Below, in pieces: positions 9,261 through 20,017 of a stretch of DNA of 64,000 nucleotides. Both the position numbers and the translations under genes were made by a program. How positions within the stretch are numbered: the first letter of the stretch is position 1; the number at the start of each line of letters is the position of its first letter. The stretch is from assembly GCF_053078305.1 (NCBI RefSeq), contig NZ_CP166879.1; one strand, given 5' to 3'. The notes beneath the pieces were generated by a model. The model searched no databases. It was given only the letters and a program-made list of their open reading frames with translations, and was not told the origin of the DNA.

Positions 9261-10883
9261 ATGCCGTTACCATTTCACTTCGATTTTAAACATCCTGATT
9301 ACCAGATGGTTTTTGAATGGCGGATGGAACGCTTACAGCGCATTCGCCAGAACCCTGAAATATTGCCCGTATTGAAGCAGTTTTACCGAACCAATCCGGC
9401 TCAGTTCATCATCGACTGGGGCATGACAACGGACCCGCGTAATATTGATTATGGCCTGCCGGTGACCATTCCGTTTTTACTCTTCCCTAAGCAGGAGGAG
9501 TGGATCCACTGGATTATGGAACGCTGGGGCAATCGGGAGAATGGTATTACCGAAAAATCCCGTGAAATGGGGCTCAGTTGGACCGCGATCGGACTGGCCT
9601 GCTCGCTTTGTCTCTTCAACAAAGAAATGGTTATCGGTTTCGGCTCCCGTAAAGAGGAATACGTCGACAGCACCGGTGACCCGAAAGCATTGTTCTGGAA
9701 GGCACGCAAGTTCGTGGAAACGCTACCTGTAGAGTTTCGCGGTTCGTGGAGCGAGAAGAAGCACGCGCCATATATGCGTGTTGAGTTTCCTGAAACTGGT
9801 GCCGTTATCAAAGGCGAGGCTGGCGATAATATTGGTCGTGGTGACCGTACCACGCTTTATCTGGTTGATGAGGCTGCATTCCTTCAGCGTCCTCTGCTGA
9901 TTGATGCGGCGTTGTCACAAACGACGCGTTGCCGTATCGACCTGAGTTCAGTTAACGGCATGGCTAACCCGTTCGCTCAGAAGCGTCATGGCGGGAAGAT
10001 ACCGGTATTCACATTCCACTGGCGGGATGATCCTCGCAAGGATGAAGAGTGGTATCGCAGGGAATGCGAGAAAATCGATAATCCGGTGGTGGTGGCACAG
10101 GAACTTGATCTGAACTACAGCGCATCAGCGGAAGGCGTTCTGATTCCATCCGAATGGGTACAGGCTGCCGTTGATGCGCATATCAAACTGGGTATCCAGC
10201 CAACAGGCAAACGACTTGGCGCGATGGATGTCGCCGACGAAGGCAGGGACAAAAATGCCTTTTCCACCCGTCATGGCTTCCTCCTGGAAAATGTGCGGGA
10301 ATGGTCCGGTGTGGGCAGCGACATTTATCAGTCCGTCGAGAAGGTTTTCGGCTTTTGCGAACAGGACAACCTCGAAGAGTTTCGCTTTGACGAGGACGGG
10401 CTGGGCGCTGGCGTTCGCGGCGATGCACGCGCTATCAACGAACTGCGTAACGCTGCGCGTCGACCGTCAATACTTGCCACACCGTTTCGAGGTAGTGGCG
10501 CGGTATTTGATCCGGATGATGAAGCTGTTCGCGGGGACAACGGGCAAGCCGCGCGTCTGAACAAGGACTTCTTCGCTAACGCCAAAGCCCAGAGCTGGTG
10601 GCGGTTACGTAAACTTTTTCAGAATACCTGGCGCGCCGTGGTTGAAGGTATGGCTTACAACCCGGACGAAATCATCTCAATCAGCAGTAGCATGGCACTC
10701 AAAGATCAACTCATCATCGAGCTTTCGCAGCCGACCTATTCCATTAATGGTGTGGGAAAAATCGTTATTGATAAACAGCCTGATGGGACCCGGTCGCCAA
10801 ATCTTGCCGACTCGGTGATGATCAACTATGCCCCAATGAATTCAGCCCTGAACATCTGGGAGTTGCTAGGGAGACAGGCCTGA
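9261..10883 (+). CDS. Terminase large subunit
   Basis: 540 aa; position and size; followed by portal. Confidence 0.8.
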   Translation: MPLPFHFDFKHPDYQMVFEWRMERLQRIRQNPEILPVLKQFYRTNPAQFIIDWGMTTDPRNIDYGLPVTIPFLLFPKQEEWIHWIMERWGNRENGITEKSREMGLSWTAIGLACSLCLFNKEMVIGFGSRKEEYVDSTGDPKALFWKARKFVETLPVEFRGSWSEKKHAPYMRVEFPETGAVIKGEAGDNIGRGDRTTLYLVDEAAFLQRPLLIDAALSQTTRCRIDLSSVNGMANPFAQKRHGGKIPVFTFHWRDDPRKDEEWYRRECEKIDNPVVVAQELDLNYSASAEGVLIPSEWVQAAVDAHIKLGIQPTGKRLGAMDVADEGRDKNAFSTRHGFLLENVREWSGVGSDIYQSVEKVFGFCEQDNLEEFRFDEDGLGAGVRGDARAINELRNAARRPSILATPFRGSGAVFDPDDEAVRGDNGQAARLNKDFFANAKAQSWWRLRKLFQNTWRAVVEGMAYNPDEIISISSSMALKDQLIIELSQPTYSINGVGKIVIDKQPDGTRSPNLADSVMINYAPMNSALNIWELLGRQA

Positions 10884-12349
10884 TGGCACGAAACAAACAA
10901 GCCCTGCGGCGAACTGCGCAGGCCACAGCTGATGGTTATGAGAATTTTATCGCCCGCGTAGGGATGCAGACACCTAACCAGCACTCAGCATCCACCTACC
11001 GGGCTAATTTCACCAGTCGTAACCGCATGCTGGTGGAATGGTCCTATCGTTCTTCCTGGATCATCGGCGAAGCAGTCGATGCTATCCCGGATGATATGAC
11101 CCGCAAAGGCATTCGCATCACTTCGGAAATTGATGCAAAAGATCGTGGCATTCTCGAATCACAACTGGATGAGTTGCAAATCTGGGATGCGCTGAATGAC
11201 GTGCTGAAATGGTCGCGCCTCTACGGCGGCGCGGTGGGTTTCATCATGATTGAGGGGCAGGCACCAATGACCCCGCTGCGACCCGAAACCATCGGTAAGG
11301 GCAAGTTTAAGGGGATTCTCCCGCTCGACCGCTGGATGATTGACCCGGTACTGACCCGCCGCATTAAAGATATGGGGCCGGACCTGGGTAAACCTGAGTT
11401 TTATGATGTGGTGACCACAGCAACGGGAATTCCTGCCTGGCGCATTCATCACAGTCGCCTGATTCGCTTTGATGGCGTCACGCTGCCATTTCAGCAGAAG
11501 ATGACCGAGAACGAATGGGGAATGTCGGTTGTAGAGCGTATCTGGGATCGTCTTACCGCGTTCGACAGCGCTACTGTCGGTGCGGCGCAGCTGGTCTACA
11601 AGGCGCATTTGCGTACCTACAGCGTGGAGAAGCTACGCGAGCTTATCGCACTTGGTGGTCCTGCGTATGAAGCGTTGCTGAAGAATATTGACCTGATTCG
11701 ACAGTTCCAGAGCAATGAAGGCATGACTCTCATGGACTCGCGGGATAAGTTTGAAACCCATCAGTACAGCTTCAGTGGTCTGGATGACATCCTTTCACAG
11801 TTTGCAGAACAGATTAGTGGAGCTGTTGGTATCCCACTGGTGCGGTTGTTCGGACAGTCCCCGAAGGGATTTTCTACCGGCGATGCAGACCTTGCCAACT
11901 ATTACGACCGGGTAAGTTCGTTGCAGGAGAGGCGTTTACGTCTTCCGGTGCGGCGGATACTGGACATCATGCATCGTTCGGAACTTGGCAAGCCGCTCCC
12001 GGATGATTTCACATTTGAGTTTAACCCGCTCTGGCAAATGTCTGATGTCGATCGTTCAACGGTGGCATTAAATACCACCAACGCAATCAGTACAGCGCTG
12101 GGTGATGGTCTGATGACACTGAAAGCTGCTATGACTGATTTGCGCGAAAATTCTGACGTAACCGGCATCGGGGCATCCATTACCGACGAGGACATCGAGA
12201 ATGCCGAAGACGAAGCGCCGCCCGGCATCGGCGAACCTGATGACGAACCGCAGGAACCGTCAGGCGGAAATCCGCTATCGAACCAGCCTACGCAGGATAG
12301 CGCGGGCGGTCGGGGACATCGTAAATGGTCGCTACGATGGTTCAAATGA
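10883..12349 (+). CDS. Portal protein
   Basis: 488 aa with acidic low-complexity C-terminus; follows terminase. Confidence 0.75.
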   Translation: MARNKQALRRTAQATADGYENFIARVGMQTPNQHSASTYRANFTSRNRMLVEWSYRSSWIIGEAVDAIPDDMTRKGIRITSEIDAKDRGILESQLDELQIWDALNDVLKWSRLYGGAVGFIMIEGQAPMTPLRPETIGKGKFKGILPLDRWMIDPVLTRRIKDMGPDLGKPEFYDVVTTATGIPAWRIHHSRLIRFDGVTLPFQQKMTENEWGMSVVERIWDRLTAFDSATVGAAQLVYKAHLRTYSVEKLRELIALGGPAYEALLKNIDLIRQFQSNEGMTLMDSRDKFETHQYSFSGLDDILSQFAEQISGAVGIPLVRLFGQSPKGFSTGDADLANYYDRVSSLQERRLRLPVRRILDIMHRSELGKPLPDDFTFEFNPLWQMSDVDRSTVALNTTNAISTALGDGLMTLKAAMTDLRENSDVTGIGASITDEDIENAEDEAPPGIGEPDDEPQEPSGGNPLSNQPTQDSAGGRGHRKWSLRWFK

Positions 12350-12974
12350 CAGTATCACGGAAATTATTGAGACGCTGGAACGCTACAGTGAAATCATAAC
12401 CCCCTGGGCGACAAAGGTCGCGGAAAACTTTACCGCCGACATTGTACGCAAGAATGATGAGCAGTGGCGTAAACACAGCAAAACCATCAGCCGTGAGCTA
12501 CGCAATCTGGTAAACAGTGCCCCTCCAGGGCAGGTGATGAAATCCATCGTTGCTGAACAGGTTAAGTACATCAAATCGCTACCCCTCGAGGCGGCTGACA
12601 GGGTGTACGACATCCAGAATCGGGCGATAGAAGCTGTTGTTACCGGTGGGAGAGCGGAACATTTTGCTAAAGAAATAGCCGCATCGGGTGATATAGCAAA
12701 GTCCAGAGCTGACCTGATTGCCCGTACTGAACTTGGACGTGCAACCGGCGCGCTGGATCAGGCGCGTGCGCTGTCAATTGGTTCGAATGGTTATATCTGG
12801 CGTACAGCCGAAGATGGTGATGTCAGGCATTCTCATCGGGAAATGGAAGGTAAATTTGTCGAATGGGGCAAACCTCCAACGCTTGACGGCATGACAGGTC
12901 ACGCTGGCGAGCTCCCGAATTGTCGCTGTTATAAAGAAATTGTTTTTCCCACCTCCCATTCTTACCCCGCCTGA
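12201..12974 (+). CDS. Head morphogenesis protein (Mu F / SPP1 gp7 family)
   Basis: Motif region WRTAEDGDVRHSHREMEGKFVEWGKPP; start uncertain, the annotated ATG overlaps the portal gene by 149 nt. Confidence 0.65.
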   Translation: MPKTKRRPASANLMTNRRNRQAEIRYRTSLRRIARAVGDIVNGRYDGSNDSITEIIETLERYSEIITPWATKVAENFTADIVRKNDEQWRKHSKTISRELRNLVNSAPPGQVMKSIVAEQVKYIKSLPLEAADRVYDIQNRAIEAVVTGGRAEHFAKEIAASGDIAKSRADLIARTELGRATGALDQARALSIGSNGYIWRTAEDGDVRHSHREMEGKFVEWGKPPTLDGMTGHAGELPNCRCYKEIVFPTSHSYPA

Positions 12975-12988
12975 ATCGCAGGTAACAC

Positions 12989-14209
12989 ATGAAATATTTT
13001 TTCAATACCCGGCTGGGGGAAACCCGCTATCAGCTGGCTGACGGCTCGTTGCTGTGCAAAGACGTGCCGATAGGACGAACAGGTAAGCAGCTCTATGGTG
13101 CTGATGACCTGCCAAAACTGAAACCCGATAAGTTCGGTGAAATAGTCGTCACGCGTTCTCCTGAGCAGGTATTCCATCCCGCCACGCTTGCCTCATTCGA
13201 AGGAATGAGTATCACGGTGTTGCATCCCGAGGATGAAAACGGGGATGTGCGGCTGGTGAATCCAGAGAACTGGAAAGAGCTCGCGGTCGGGCATCTTCAG
13301 AATGTCCGGCGCGGGGCGGGTGTGCAGTCTGATTTGATGCTGGCTGACCTTATCGTCAAAGACGAAAACGCCATTCAGCTGATCGAAGATGGCCTGCGCG
13401 AAGTGTCGTGTGGCTATGACGCGGAATATAAACAGGCTGAGCCGGGTAAGGCTCAGCAGGTCGCTATTACCGGAAACCATGTGGCTCTTGTCCCTAAAGG
13501 CAGAGCCGGAAATCGTTGTGCAATTGGAGACAGAGACACAATGGCAAATCAAAAGAAAAGCTGGTGGACCCGCATGCGCACGGCCATCAAAACGGGTGAC
13601 GCTGACACCATGAACGAACTGGTGGAGTCGGCTCCCGCATCGGTTACAGGAGATGAGGGGGATTTGCCGCAGGGCGTTAATCTCAACATCAACCTGTCCC
13701 CGCAGCAACCGCTACCGGACAAAGCACCAGAGATGGGCGGAGGTCCAACCGGCGACAGTGATGATGACCTCAAAACATTACTGAAAGCCCTGCTGGCTAA
13801 GCTGGAAGGAAATGCGACGGGCGATAACGACAATAAGCCTGACGATAATCCGACCGGTGACGGCGAGGACGATGAAGAGGAAACCACGATTACTGGTGAC
13901 TCAGCCTGGCGTGCCGAAGTTATCGTTCCGGGTATCGATCTGAGCCGTAAGATGAAACCGACCGCGTTCAAACGTGAGGTTCTGGCTTCTGCTGACAAAA
14001 CGCTGGTTCGCCAGATAGTCGGTGATGCGGATATCCGCAAATTGCCGAAACAATCGGTCGACATGGCGTTTAATGCCGTGTCTGAGATTGCCAAAGGGCG
14101 AAACACCCGCGCCACCACCGGCGATGCACAGCGCCCAAACATGGGCATGACCAGTATCGCTTCCCTGAACAAACAAAACGCTGAATTCTGGGCAAACCGT
14201 AAAGGGTAA
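12989..14209 (+). CDS. Putative prohead protease/scaffold protein (Mu gpI-like)
   Basis: 406 aa with acidic low-complexity segment; gene order. Confidence 0.45.
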   Translation: MKYFFNTRLGETRYQLADGSLLCKDVPIGRTGKQLYGADDLPKLKPDKFGEIVVTRSPEQVFHPATLASFEGMSITVLHPEDENGDVRLVNPENWKELAVGHLQNVRRGAGVQSDLMLADLIVKDENAIQLIEDGLREVSCGYDAEYKQAEPGKAQQVAITGNHVALVPKGRAGNRCAIGDRDTMANQKKSWWTRMRTAIKTGDADTMNELVESAPASVTGDEGDLPQGVNLNINLSPQQPLPDKAPEMGGGPTGDSDDDLKTLLKALLAKLEGNATGDNDNKPDDNPTGDGEDDEEETTITGDSAWRAEVIVPGIDLSRKMKPTAFKREVLASADKTLVRQIVGDADIRKLPKQSVDMAFNAVSEIAKGRNTRATTGDAQRPNMGMTSIASLNKQNAEFWANRKG

Positions 14210-14212
14210 AAA

Positions 14213-14719
14213 ATGAATAATGTATTTCTGTACCGGATGCCTGTTGGCATTGCCGGGGCCGTCTCTCGCCCGCAGGACTTAACCGTCGAACCGGTGGTCC
14301 TTAAATCCGATAACGCCTTCGCTGCCTATGGCCTGGCTGGTAAATACGATGATGACGGTTTTTTCGTGCCGCTGGCAGATGGTGATACCGCAGACAAGGT
14401 GAAGGGGATCTACGTGCGCCCTTATCCGACCACTTCGCAGCCGGACATGGTTCGCCAGGTGGGGACTGGCAAGAACTTCCCGGGCGACGCCATGAAGCGT
14501 GGCTACGTGACCGTTAATCTCGGTTCTGATTTTGATGCCAGCACCATCAAAAAAGGCGACCCGGTATACGTTGTCGTCTCCACTGATGAATCCATCAAAG
14601 TGCCGCTGGGTGGATTCATGGCCACGTCAGTCAGTGGCAAAAACGTGGTGCTGACCAACGCTGAATTCACAGGTGCCGGAGATGCTGACGGCAATGCAGA
14701 AATTTCCTGGAAGATTTAA
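14213..14719 (+). CDS. Putative capsid structural or decoration protein
   Basis: 168 aa; between scaffold and major capsid. Confidence 0.4.
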   Translation: MNNVFLYRMPVGIAGAVSRPQDLTVEPVVLKSDNAFAAYGLAGKYDDDGFFVPLADGDTADKVKGIYVRPYPTTSQPDMVRQVGTGKNFPGDAMKRGYVTVNLGSDFDASTIKKGDPVYVVVSTDESIKVPLGGFMATSVSGKNVVLTNAEFTGAGDADGNAEISWKI

Positions 14720-14730
14720 GGAACAGACGA

Positions 14731-15672
14731 ATGATTACTTTTGATCAGGCAACCGTTGACAGCTCTGGTGCCTTTCTCATCGGGGAGCTGGAGCGACTCG
14801 ACCAGACGCTGAACCTGCCACTGGTGGGGTACACCTGGACCCGCGATATTCAGTTGCGTGAAGATGTCTCCATCGCAGATGACATTTCCAGCTGGACGAA
14901 TACCAGCTTCGCCGCTGCGGGTACTGGTGCAAATCCGAATGGCAAAAACTGGGTAGGCAAAGACTCAACCGCTATTGCTGGCGTGAACGTGGATATCGGC
15001 AAATCCGGTAACCCGATGAACCTGTGGGGGATGGAACTTGGCTGGACGGTCATAGAATTGCAGGCTGCTCAGCAGATCGGACGCCCGATTGATACGCAGA
15101 AGTATGACGGGATGCAACTGAAATGGCAGATGGATAACGATGAACAGGTATATGTTGGCGATTCCGCATTAAACCTGAAAGGTCTTGTTACCCTGGACGG
15201 CGTGCCTGTCAACAACGCTGCCAAAACGTGGGCAACCTCAACACCGGACGAAATCCGCGCAAGCATTAACCAGGTGCTGTCTGATGCGTGGGCCGCTTCC
15301 GGTTACTCTGTGGTTCCGCGTGATTTGCTGATCCCGCCTGAGCAGTTTGCTCTGTTGTCCAGCATCATCGTTTCATCTGCGGGTAACCAGTCCCTGTTGA
15401 CGTACCTTCAGACCAACACCATCAGCTATCACCAGAACGGTGTTCCGCTGAATATCCGCGCGGTTAAATGGCTGAAAGGCCGTGGTGTGGGGAATAAGGA
15501 TCGCATGGTTGCGTACACCAACGATAAAAAATACGTCCGCTACCCGCTGGTTCCGCTTCAGAGCGTGCCGGTGCAGTATCGCGGTCTGTATCAGATCGTC
15601 ACTTACTACGGCAAGCTGGGTGCGGTTGAGCCAGTGTACAAAGAAACCATTTCGTACGTTGATGGCATTTAA
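14731..15672 (+). CDS. Putative major capsid protein
   Basis: 313 aa; gene order in head module. Confidence 0.5.
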   Translation: MITFDQATVDSSGAFLIGELERLDQTLNLPLVGYTWTRDIQLREDVSIADDISSWTNTSFAAAGTGANPNGKNWVGKDSTAIAGVNVDIGKSGNPMNLWGMELGWTVIELQAAQQIGRPIDTQKYDGMQLKWQMDNDEQVYVGDSALNLKGLVTLDGVPVNNAAKTWATSTPDEIRASINQVLSDAWAASGYSVVPRDLLIPPEQFALLSSIIVSSAGNQSLLTYLQTNTISYHQNGVPLNIRAVKWLKGRGVGNKDRMVAYTNDKKYVRYPLVPLQSVPVQYRGLYQIVTYYGKLGAVEPVYKETISYVDGI

Positions 15673-15713
15673 CAGCCACATGGCCCCCTGGCGGGGCCAT
15701 TAAGGATGACCCG

Positions 15714-15935
15714 ATGGCAAAAAATAATGCAGTAATACACGTACATACCCCGTTTGTGCTCACGCTTCCCGACGGTTCACGGCGCGAGTTTGTTAAAGGC
15801 CGTCATGCTGTGGAGGAAGACGTTGCCACGCACTGGTTCACTCGTGCGCACGCGGAAGTATCCGTTGGCAAAGCCACAGACGCGCGTAACGAGGTAAAAA
15901 ATGCCAAAGAATCAAAGTCTGCCAGCGGTAAGTGA
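15714..15935 (+). CDS. Hypothetical phage protein
   Basis: ORF track 73 aa. Confidence 0.3.
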   Translation: MAKNNAVIHVHTPFVLTLPDGSRREFVKGRHAVEEDVATHWFTRAHAEVSVGKATDARNEVKNAKESKSASGK

Positions 15936-16308
15936 TTTTCGCCGCGACTTCCCGCAGTTTGCTGACCCTGCCAAATATCCCGAAGCGCAAATCCAGTTTC
16001 GTCTGAATCTGGCCGATGAACTGCTGAGCGAAAACGTCACCGGCAAAAAGTTGTTTCCGTACTTTGCCGGGTTGTTCGTTGCGCACTACATGACGCTCTG
16101 GGCGGCAGACAGCCGGGCGATGCTGGCTGGCGAGCCGGGCGGTTCAACCAATGGAGTTCAGTCCTCAAAGTCCGTGGATAAGGTAAGCGTCAGTTATGAC
16201 ACCAGCGCGACGCTGAATCCTGATGCAGGTTTCTGGAATAACACCCGATATGGCGCTGAATTTTATCAGTTGATCACGATGTTCGGTGCAGGTGGTCGCC
16301 AGCTATGA
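15901..16308 (+). CDS. Putative head-tail connector protein
   Basis: 135 aa; position after capsid gene. Confidence 0.4.
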   Translation: MPKNQSLPAVSDFRRDFPQFADPAKYPEAQIQFRLNLADELLSENVTGKKLFPYFAGLFVAHYMTLWAADSRAMLAGEPGGSTNGVQSSKSVDKVSVSYDTSATLNPDAGFWNNTRYGAEFYQLITMFGAGGRQL

Positions 16309-16859
16309 GTTTCAAAAGCGGTGTAACAACGAGGGTGGATAACGCTAAGGCTATTCTGGATGCGCTCAGGTCGTTAACCAAAAAAGATGTGCTGGTCGGC
16401 ATCCCTTCGGAAGACAGCGAGCGGGATGATGTTCCGTTTGGTAATGCGGGCATCGGTTACCTCAACGAATACGGCTCACCAGAGCAGAACATCCCGCCAC
16501 GACCTCACCTGGTCCCCGGCGTTAAATCGGCAGAAGAGCAGACGGTGCCGCAGCTCAAAGCCGCGGCGCAGGCTGCACTTGATGGTAATGCTGCGGGAGC
16601 AGAAAGCGCACTCAACCGTGCCGGAACACTGGCCGCTAATGGCGTCAGGCGTTACATGACCATTACCGGCTTTACGCCGCTTGCTGACAGTACTGTTGAA
16701 GCCCGGGCTCGTCGGGGGCGCAAGGGGGCAACACTGGAACTTGCCCGGCGTGCTGCTGGCGAATCCCCGGGAACCGAACTGGCGAAACCATTAATTGACA
16801 CCGGGCAATATCGCAGAGCGATTACCCATGTTGTGAGGGATAAAAATGCCGACTCTTGA
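16305..16859 (+). CDS. Hypothetical phage structural protein
   Basis: ORF track 184 aa; overlapping start/stop with neighbours. Confidence 0.45.
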   Translation: MSFKSGVTTRVDNAKAILDALRSLTKKDVLVGIPSEDSERDDVPFGNAGIGYLNEYGSPEQNIPPRPHLVPGVKSAEEQTVPQLKAAAQAALDGNAAGAESALNRAGTLAANGVRRYMTITGFTPLADSTVEARARRGRKGATLELARRAAGESPGTELAKPLIDTGQYRRAITHVVRDKNADS

Positions 16860-17235
16860 TGTAACAGATGTGCTTTTTGACCCCGATTTTTGCGACTTCA
16901 ATTTGTGGGTAACACGCCGTGTGCAAACGGTGGATGAGGACGGGATCGGCAGCGACAGCGAAGTTAAAAAGCAGTTTGCCGGAGTCGTAACTGTTGATCG
17001 CTCTCTGGAAAACCGTCGTATGCAGGCCGGGCAGGTAATCAGCGGTGCAATTCTGATTGTGACGACTGAGCGACTGACGCAGGGACAGACTGGCCGTGAT
17101 GCCGATATCGTGACGTATCAGGGCCGTGATTATCGTGTGACTTTCGTCGACCCGTATACAGCGTATGGTGCCGGATTCGTTCAGGCGCATTGTGAGTTGC
17201 TGCCGTTTGATGGGGGAATTCCGGTTGAGCAATAA
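16846..17235 (+). CDS. Hypothetical phage structural protein (head completion/neck)
   Basis: ORF track 129 aa. Confidence 0.45.
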   Translation: MPTLDVTDVLFDPDFCDFNLWVTRRVQTVDEDGIGSDSEVKKQFAGVVTVDRSLENRRMQAGQVISGAILIVTTERLTQGQTGRDADIVTYQGRDYRVTFVDPYTAYGAGFVQAHCELLPFDGGIPVEQ

Positions 17236-17773
17236 CACCAGCACAGAGCGCGGATGGCTGATACCAACCAGTGGCGATCCGGATTATGACGAAGCGCTCG
17301 ACAGGCTGTTAAGCCAGTGGATGCGTAACGTTTCCGGTCTGTCTGCCGGGATGGTTCGCCCGCGCTGGCAGAAAGAGCAGCCGCCACTGCTACCGGCTGA
17401 AACGAACTGGTGTGCGTTTGGGGTTATCGGATGGTCAGGTGATGACAGTCCGGCATTCACCAGACAGACTGATGATGGCTCTCAGCTCTGGCGGCATGAA
17501 ACGATTGAGTGTATGGCTTCGTTTTATGGTCCGGCGGGGATGGTGTATGCGTCCCGGTTTCGTGACGGTATATCTGTACCGCAGAACAACGCAGCACTGA
17601 ATGTGCTGGGGCTGTCTCTTGGCGATTACACAGGTCTGACTCCCTTCCCTGAACTTATTAATCAGCAATGGGTCCGCCGCTACGATATGACGGTGCGTCT
17701 GCGCCGGAAGGTTGTGCGCGAGTACGGTATTAAATCGCTGGTGGAAGCACCAGTCATCTTTTTCGGAGATTAA
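17165..17773 (+). CDS. Hypothetical phage structural protein; alternative start at 17210
   Basis: ORF track 202 aa. Confidence 0.4.
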   Translation: MVPDSFRRIVSCCRLMGEFRLSNNTSTERGWLIPTSGDPDYDEALDRLLSQWMRNVSGLSAGMVRPRWQKEQPPLLPAETNWCAFGVIGWSGDDSPAFTRQTDDGSQLWRHETIECMASFYGPAGMVYASRFRDGISVPQNNAALNVLGLSLGDYTGLTPFPELINQQWVRRYDMTVRLRRKVVREYGIKSLVEAPVIFFGD

Positions 17774-17776
17774 GCT

Positions 17777-18922
17777 ATGGCACAGGGCTTGCCTGTATCA
17801 AACGTTGTTAATGTTGATGTGATCATGTCGCCGCGTGCAGCATCAGGGCGAAATTTTGGTGCATTACTCATTCTCGGCCCGTCCACAATCATTCCGGTAA
17901 GTGAGCGCATTCGCCGTTATTCTGCCGCGGAAGATATTGGAAAAGATTTTGGCGTGGAATCACCAGAATATAAGGCTGCGCAGGTGTTTTTCTCTCAATC
18001 ACCGAAACCTCAGGAGGTTTTTGTTGGTCGTTGGGTGAAAACGAAGGGAGACAGCGAACAGGCCACGCCTGAGACGCTGGAGCAGGCTGTGAATGCCATG
18101 CTCGATTATACTTCATGGTATGGGCTGGGGATTGCAGACGATGCAGATATTCCGGATGCAGACTGGCTGAAAGTGGCTGCGGCGATCGAATCCTCTTCTG
18201 TAAGCCGTATTCTGGCGATTACGACAAGCGATGAGAAATGCCTGCAGACTGCATCCAGCGATGATTTGGCATCAAAACTGAAAACCGCCGGATATTCACG
18301 CAGTTTTATTCAGTATTCATCGGGTAATAAATACGCTGCGTTATCTGCATTTGGCCGGGCATTCACGGTTAATTTCAATGGCAGTAATACCGCGATTACG
18401 CTCAAGTTTAAGCAGGCGCCGGGCGTCGGGTATGAAACACTGACAGTCAGCCAGGCATCGGCACTTGATGCAAAAAACTGCAATGTGTTCGTGTACTACC
18501 AGAATGATACGGCTATCCTCCAGCAGGGAGTGATGGCTAACGGCGATTTCTTTGATGAACGCCACGGCCTGGACTGGTTACAGAATTATGTGCAGACCAA
18601 CCTCTATAACCTGCTTTATACCAGCACCACGAAAGTACCCCAGACTGAAGCCGGTATTACCAGACTGTTATCAAGTGTTGAAAAATCACTGGATCAGGCC
18701 GTTCAGAATGGACTGATTGCTCCGGGCGTATGGAACGGTGGCGACCTGGGTCAGTTGTCATCAGGTGACACGCTGCCCAAAGGTTATTACGTATACGCCC
18801 AGCCACTGGATGAACAGGCACAATCAGAACGTGAAGCCCGTAAGGCTCCGGTGATTCAGGCTGCAATAAAACTTGCAGGCGCGGTTCATTACGCTGACGT
18901 ACAGATTAACGTTGTTCGCTAA
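17777..18922 (+). CDS. Putative tail sheath protein
   Basis: 381 aa; precedes tube, chaperone and tape measure. Confidence 0.45.
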   Translation: MAQGLPVSNVVNVDVIMSPRAASGRNFGALLILGPSTIIPVSERIRRYSAAEDIGKDFGVESPEYKAAQVFFSQSPKPQEVFVGRWVKTKGDSEQATPETLEQAVNAMLDYTSWYGLGIADDADIPDADWLKVAAAIESSSVSRILAITTSDEKCLQTASSDDLASKLKTAGYSRSFIQYSSGNKYAALSAFGRAFTVNFNGSNTAITLKFKQAPGVGYETLTVSQASALDAKNCNVFVYYQNDTAILQQGVMANGDFFDERHGLDWLQNYVQTNLYNLLYTSTTKVPQTEAGITRLLSSVEKSLDQAVQNGLIAPGVWNGGDLGQLSSGDTLPKGYYVYAQPLDEQAQSEREARKAPVIQAAIKLAGAVHYADVQINVVR

Positions 18923-18932
18923 GGGGAAGTGA

Positions 18933-19373
18933 ATGTCTACCTATTCTTTTATGGATGTCACTGCGACGCTGACCGGGCCGACCGGTTCGATTGACCTCGG
19001 GTACGGTTCGGCAAGTTCTGAAGAGGGGATTGTGGTTGCGATGGGCGGTCCTAAAAACACCATGACCATCGGTGCTGATGGCGAAGTGATGCACAGTCTC
19101 CATGCAGATAAAAGCGGGACGATTACCGTTAACCTTCTGAAGACATCACCGACAAATAAAAAATTGTCGCTGGCGTATAACGCACAGAGCCAGTCTTCTG
19201 CCACATGGGGGAATAACGTTATCGTGATCCGCAACAAGGTCAGCGGCGACATCATCACGGCACGCAGTGTTGCGTTCCAGAAACAACCGGATAACGCCAA
19301 CGCTAAAACCGGTAATACGATGCCGTGGGTGTTTGACTGCGGCAAGATTGACCAGGTTCTCGGGGAGTTTTAA
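18933..19373 (+). CDS. Putative tail tube protein
   Basis: 146 aa; gene order. Confidence 0.45.
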   Translation: MSTYSFMDVTATLTGPTGSIDLGYGSASSEEGIVVAMGGPKNTMTIGADGEVMHSLHADKSGTITVNLLKTSPTNKKLSLAYNAQSQSSATWGNNVIVIRNKVSGDIITARSVAFQKQPDNANAKTGNTMPWVFDCGKIDQVLGEF

Positions 19374-19376
19374 TAC

Positions 19377-19829
19377 ATGGAGTTCGAAATCAAAGGCGTG
19401 AAATATCGCGTGGCAAAACTCAGCGTTTTTGACCAGCTGAAAGTGACCCGCAAACTTCTGCCGGTGCTGGCAGGAATGATGTCAGATTTCGGGAGCATTC
19501 GCTCCCGTTTGCCTGCTGATGGCAAAATCGACACCGTGAAATTCGAGCAGTTAAAACCGGTGTTTGAAACCATGCTCCCGCGTATCGCTGAGGAACTGTC
19601 TTCCCTGACCGAAGATGACACCAGTGCGATTATTCATCCCTGTCTTGCGGTGGTATCGCGGCGTCATATGGACGGATGGGTTCCGGTATTTACCCAGGGC
19701 GAACTGATGTTTGATGATATTGACTTGCTGGTCATGCTGCAGCTGGTGGCGCGGGTGGTCGCCGATTCGCTGGGAAATTTTTTGCCTACACCCCTTACCA
19801 GCACGACGCAGAGCCTGCAACAGGGCTGA
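19377..19829 (+). CDS. Tail assembly chaperone (G-like)
   Basis: 150 aa directly upstream of tape measure; -1 frame open from 19724 to 20017. Confidence 0.55.
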   Translation: MEFEIKGVKYRVAKLSVFDQLKVTRKLLPVLAGMMSDFGSIRSRLPADGKIDTVKFEQLKPVFETMLPRIAEELSSLTEDDTSAIIHPCLAVVSRRHMDGWVPVFTQGELMFDDIDLLVMLQLVARVVADSLGNFLPTPLTSTTQSLQQG

Positions 19830-20017
19830 CGTTTAACAGCCTGCCGGACGGGCTGTCCTACCTTCTCAATCCGGTTGACGCCGGGTTAATTCCTTATACA
19901 GCACTTAAAGATGGCTCTGTCGATTTGTACGATATTGCTCTTTTGAATGACCATCTGGCGGTAAAAGCGGATAACCAGCGGCGCATTGAGAAATGGAGAG
20001 AGGATAATGAACGCTGA
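19772..20017 (+). other. Candidate programmed -1 frameshift: slippery GGGAAAT TTTTTG (19772-19784) with 78-codon -1 frame extension ending at 20017 (GT-like product)
   Basis: Heptamer in X XXY YYZ register of the chaperone frame; -1 frame has no stop between 19724 and 20015. Confidence 0.45.

Noticed and set aside
13549-14250. 233-aa minus-strand ORF in the head module
   Set aside because: Antisense to the scaffold/protease gene within a co-directional structural operon; low-complexity Ser/Pro-rich translation.
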